A stretch of 64,000 nucleotides of DNA from Eukaryota sp. TZLM1-RC (lineage: Eukaryota; Protista; Metamonada: BaSk clade): contig JAUPSS010000003.1 of NCBI GenBank assembly GCA_040285825.1, positions 2,480,001-2,544,000 on the forward strand. Direction: 5' to 3'. Positions 60,844-64,000 of the stretch are shown piece after piece. How positions within the stretch are numbered: position 1 is the stretch's first letter; every line of letters begins with the position of its first letter. A model generated the notes under the pieces. It saw nothing but the letters and a program-made list of their open reading frames with translations. It ran no database searches and was not told the origin of the DNA. Both the position numbers and the translations under genes were made by a program.

Positions 60844-62760
60844 TTAGTGGCAACCAAGATGCTGGCACGAAGTATTGACAAGGATTGTTTTATACAATTT
60901 TGTTTGTCTCAAATTATCACAAAACAATCGATCTGCCTGTAATGATCTACATTTCAACACCAATGTCCCATGGCCATTGTGGGTTTTGCTCAAACCAATC
61001 AGTCGGCATTTTTCTCCAAACTGGTGGTACATTTCTGGAACCTGAGGTGAGTAGTTCAGCTTTCGAAAATCCTCCATTTTCCAGAGCTGAAACGAGCTCG
61101 AAAATAGTTGTAATTTAGCTTTTTGTTATCAACAATAGCTTACTCCTACTGTTATCGATTACTGGTTCAGAATAATTGCACGTGAATGACTTAACAATGT
61201 TATGCTATTTGTCCGTTTAGTTGTACAAATTTTGAACAGCTGCCATTACGTCATGACAAATGGTTGTTTCAGTGTCATTTTCAATTATGAAGTAGAATCG
61301 ATAATCGACGACAGTTGTTCGTTTATCAGAAAAATCAATCGATCGAATTTCTAAACAGTGAAGCAAAAATTAAATTTAGTTATTGACAAAACTACTTTCC
61401 TGCTACACCATAAAAGGTATCAACTACATTAAAACTCCACTTGAGTTGTTTTCCTGACAACTGAATTTATTTATACACGACTAGTTTTCATTCGTGCACT
61501 CCTCAATCTAGGTATCATTACAAAACAAATGTTTGATTGGATCATCTTTTAGAGATTTTATTTTATCTCATGAACATAAAATCTGTGTAAATATTTCCAG
61601 GCTGGCAATATCAACTTCGTTGAAGAGTTTTTGAACATTGTTTTCTAGTTCAGCAGGAAAAATATTTCAAGCTTATGCAGGAGCTTATGGAGATCGGTTA
61701 GTAGTAACGATACTGTTGTAGCATGGGTGCAGAGATGTTCATTTGGGTCCACAAACTATCACCAGGGGCGGAAGTAATGAGATCATTATTATTAAAGATG
61801 CATCAACTCCAGCCATTGAACATCCTTCTTCCTTTCATGTTTTGCAACTGTCAATTGTAATTCGCTGTAAACATCCATTTCGTCTTTTTGTGCATGATTA
61901 AATATTTTATCTTTCAAAAATGTTCGAATCGAATAATTTTCGAACAATCTCAGAAAAGTTCGAACTTTTTTGGGTCCAAGTTTTTTCCAAAAACGTTATA
62001 AGACTCGATACTTGTTGGATTAATGAAAGATTTAGTAAGCTCAGAGGGAGAGCAAATGACATAAGATCATCAGTTTTTACCGAAATACTAACTGATAAGG
62101 TATTAGATTCTTACGAACGTGAGTGGAACTCATAATTGGCACACAGTCTGGAATGCCACGGATGGCTTGATGGTGTGCTGCCTTTTCCTGTTTTTCTTTC
62201 AATCTGCGGAAGTTAGATCGAATTTCTTGAATAAAATATAACTCAGACGTCGATCTTTTAATGCTAATAAGATTTTTGCCAGGGGCGACATGTCGGAACC
62301 AAAGATCACTTGGTAGGGAGTGTGGTTAGTTTTTGAGAGGTCATCCAGTCTTATGTGTATGCCCTTGTTGTTCATCAGTCCTCGATGACGCAGCAAGTCA
62401 GCACCAATGAGAATGGTCTCATGTTCAGGAACAATATTTAACTTGTGTTTCACCTGAACAATCTGGGTAACGCTTCCTAGTCTAATATTTAGGGTTCCAG
62501 AAGGAGTACCTAAGGACTATGAGGTCGTGTGTGAGCCGTACATTCAACCTCATCAACTGAATATTTGTAACCACGGGTCCATGATGCAAAACTGGAATAT
62601 TCCAGCAAGCTGTGACGTCATCAGTAACGGTGATAACAAGGGAATGACCATTGGGAAATACATCATCCCGAATTTTTGCTTGTACCGAACATTGAAGACC
62701 TATTGGAAAAAATTTTTTTGGCAAAACTGTTCAGAAAAGCTGATGGCTGTTGAGACATAT
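60844..62760 (-). pseudogene. Scrambled Gypsy pol remnants
   Basis: SSGKWR/DFRKLN (RT, ~61050-61100); ILIGADLL (protease end) fused to NHTPYQVIFGSD (integrase end) at 62199-62453. Confidence 0.55.
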
Positions 62761-63329
62761 CAATACCAGTAAAGAATAAGAATAATTTATTAGTTCACCG
62801 GTTCTTATAAAGCCCATCACTAGTGAAGTATACCTAAATGTACTCGACTAATTGTCCACAGTACAACAAAGCTGTGTCTGGCAACTTTATTTCGAAAGCC
62901 CTGCCCTTTACTTGGAGAAAACGTCGCCGGTAACAGGACAGACGTTCACGGACGTCACCAATGCGGACATCGAGCTTAAGTTCTGATATAGCCAGACTAA
63001 GATCTTGGTAAGCATGGAACAACACGAGGAATTGTCGATGTCTGAGAAGATTATCATCACTGGCGGTGAGGTCGGACATCTGCAGAGCTAAAGACTCTAA
63101 AGAAACGATAAGAATTGACTTAGAGTCTTGTTGGAACAAGTTCCTTCATGGAAGACACAGAGGAGTATTTATATATATAGGAGGATTTATAATTGCTGTT
63201 CATAAAAGGATGGTTGTGTGTTCATCAAAACAACTGAAGCTTCATGATAACATACATACAGAAATCTTTTCACTGTTTCCCAGAACTCAATTATTGTTAA
63301 CAAACTTCAATCATTATTGATAGTATCAT

Positions 63330-64000
63330 TTCTGTGGAATTGTCCCGGATACATCACAATTGAAGCAAGTAGCTAATCAATAATAACATGAAATCTCAGT
63401 AGATGATGAACACTAACTACCTTTATGCCACTTGACAAACCTTATCCACACGTGTCGTATAGCATTTCGACTTTTCATTTAGGATAGATAAATTGATTGA
63501 ATTTCTAAAAAATCTTAGGAAAACGGTTTGAAACCCAAGTCTGTGGCTAACGAACTCAAAAGTGGTAAATTAGTCATTGATCGCCACCAAAGTGATAAAC
63601 TGATTTTTACCCGTAGTTCTTTGATACATTTCAATTGGAGCTAATGAATAAGTAAGACTTCTCCACTGATAAATTGTTGAAATTCCAGCCAAACATCCAA
63701 GTGTTGAGTCTCTGGCAAAAACTTCGGTGCAACTTCCAATGAAAACTTTGCTTCACATCATCTGAAAATCTTGCAAATTTTGTGGATCCAGAGCAAAGCA
63801 GGCCAAGTGAAGATCACTTGCATACAGCTTCCATCTTTTCTTGTAGCAATCTTGAATAGTAGCTCTAAAATCGTCGAGGAACCCTGCATCTTCTGTGTCA
63901 ATTATATCAACAATACTCTGTAATCTAGAATAAACTTGACTGATACATTCTCCATTTTCATTCACAAACTTGATGAAATCATATACTGGACTGCAAATCC
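63330..64000 (-). pseudogene. hAT (DUF659-type) transposase C-terminal remnant, runs off the window
   Basis: KRW...SDLHLACFALDP, WWRSMTNLPLLSSLA. Confidence 0.7.

Noticed and set aside
62834-63139. 101-aa ORF between TE remnants
   Set aside because: No recognisable motif and no evidence beyond being open.

Overview
An AT-rich, intron-poor eukaryotic (protist-like) window in the standard genetic code. About ten host genes sit among dense, mostly decayed transposable elements. Host genes: gp78/AMFR-like RING-CUE E3 ligase, a small secreted protein, cytosolic carboxypeptidase CCP6/AGBL4, a RING-B-box (TRIM-like) protein, WDR70, an OFA-family MFS transporter, a TAF1A/Rrn11-like protein, a nicotinamide riboside kinase-like protein, an RCC1-repeat protein, a bacterial-type NamZ/DUF1343 muramidase, and tRNA-Arg(CCT). 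Mobile DNA: Ty3/Gypsy remnants (one with a chromodomain and a 127-bp LTR), several hAT elements with clear TIRs and 8-bp TSDs nested inside one another, a pogo remnant, a non-autonomous MULE, and many copies of two CRE-like RLE-type non-LTR retrotransposon families. The tubulin deglutamylase, tiny introns, RCC1/BTB families and the bacterial cell-wall hydrolase suggest a bacterivorous flagellate, possibly a metamonad (inference only). Most notable observations: (1) 26-32 nt introns with a fixed branch-point spacing, including two abutting introns separated by a zero-length exon (candidate recursive splicing) and a GT-AT intron; (2) a 13-mer TGATGACGTGGCA recurring mostly on gene sense strands in different reading frames; (3) a probably horizontally acquired peptidoglycan hydrolase; (4) a hAT element carrying a captured Gypsy gag. 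All calls were made by eye; no database search was run.
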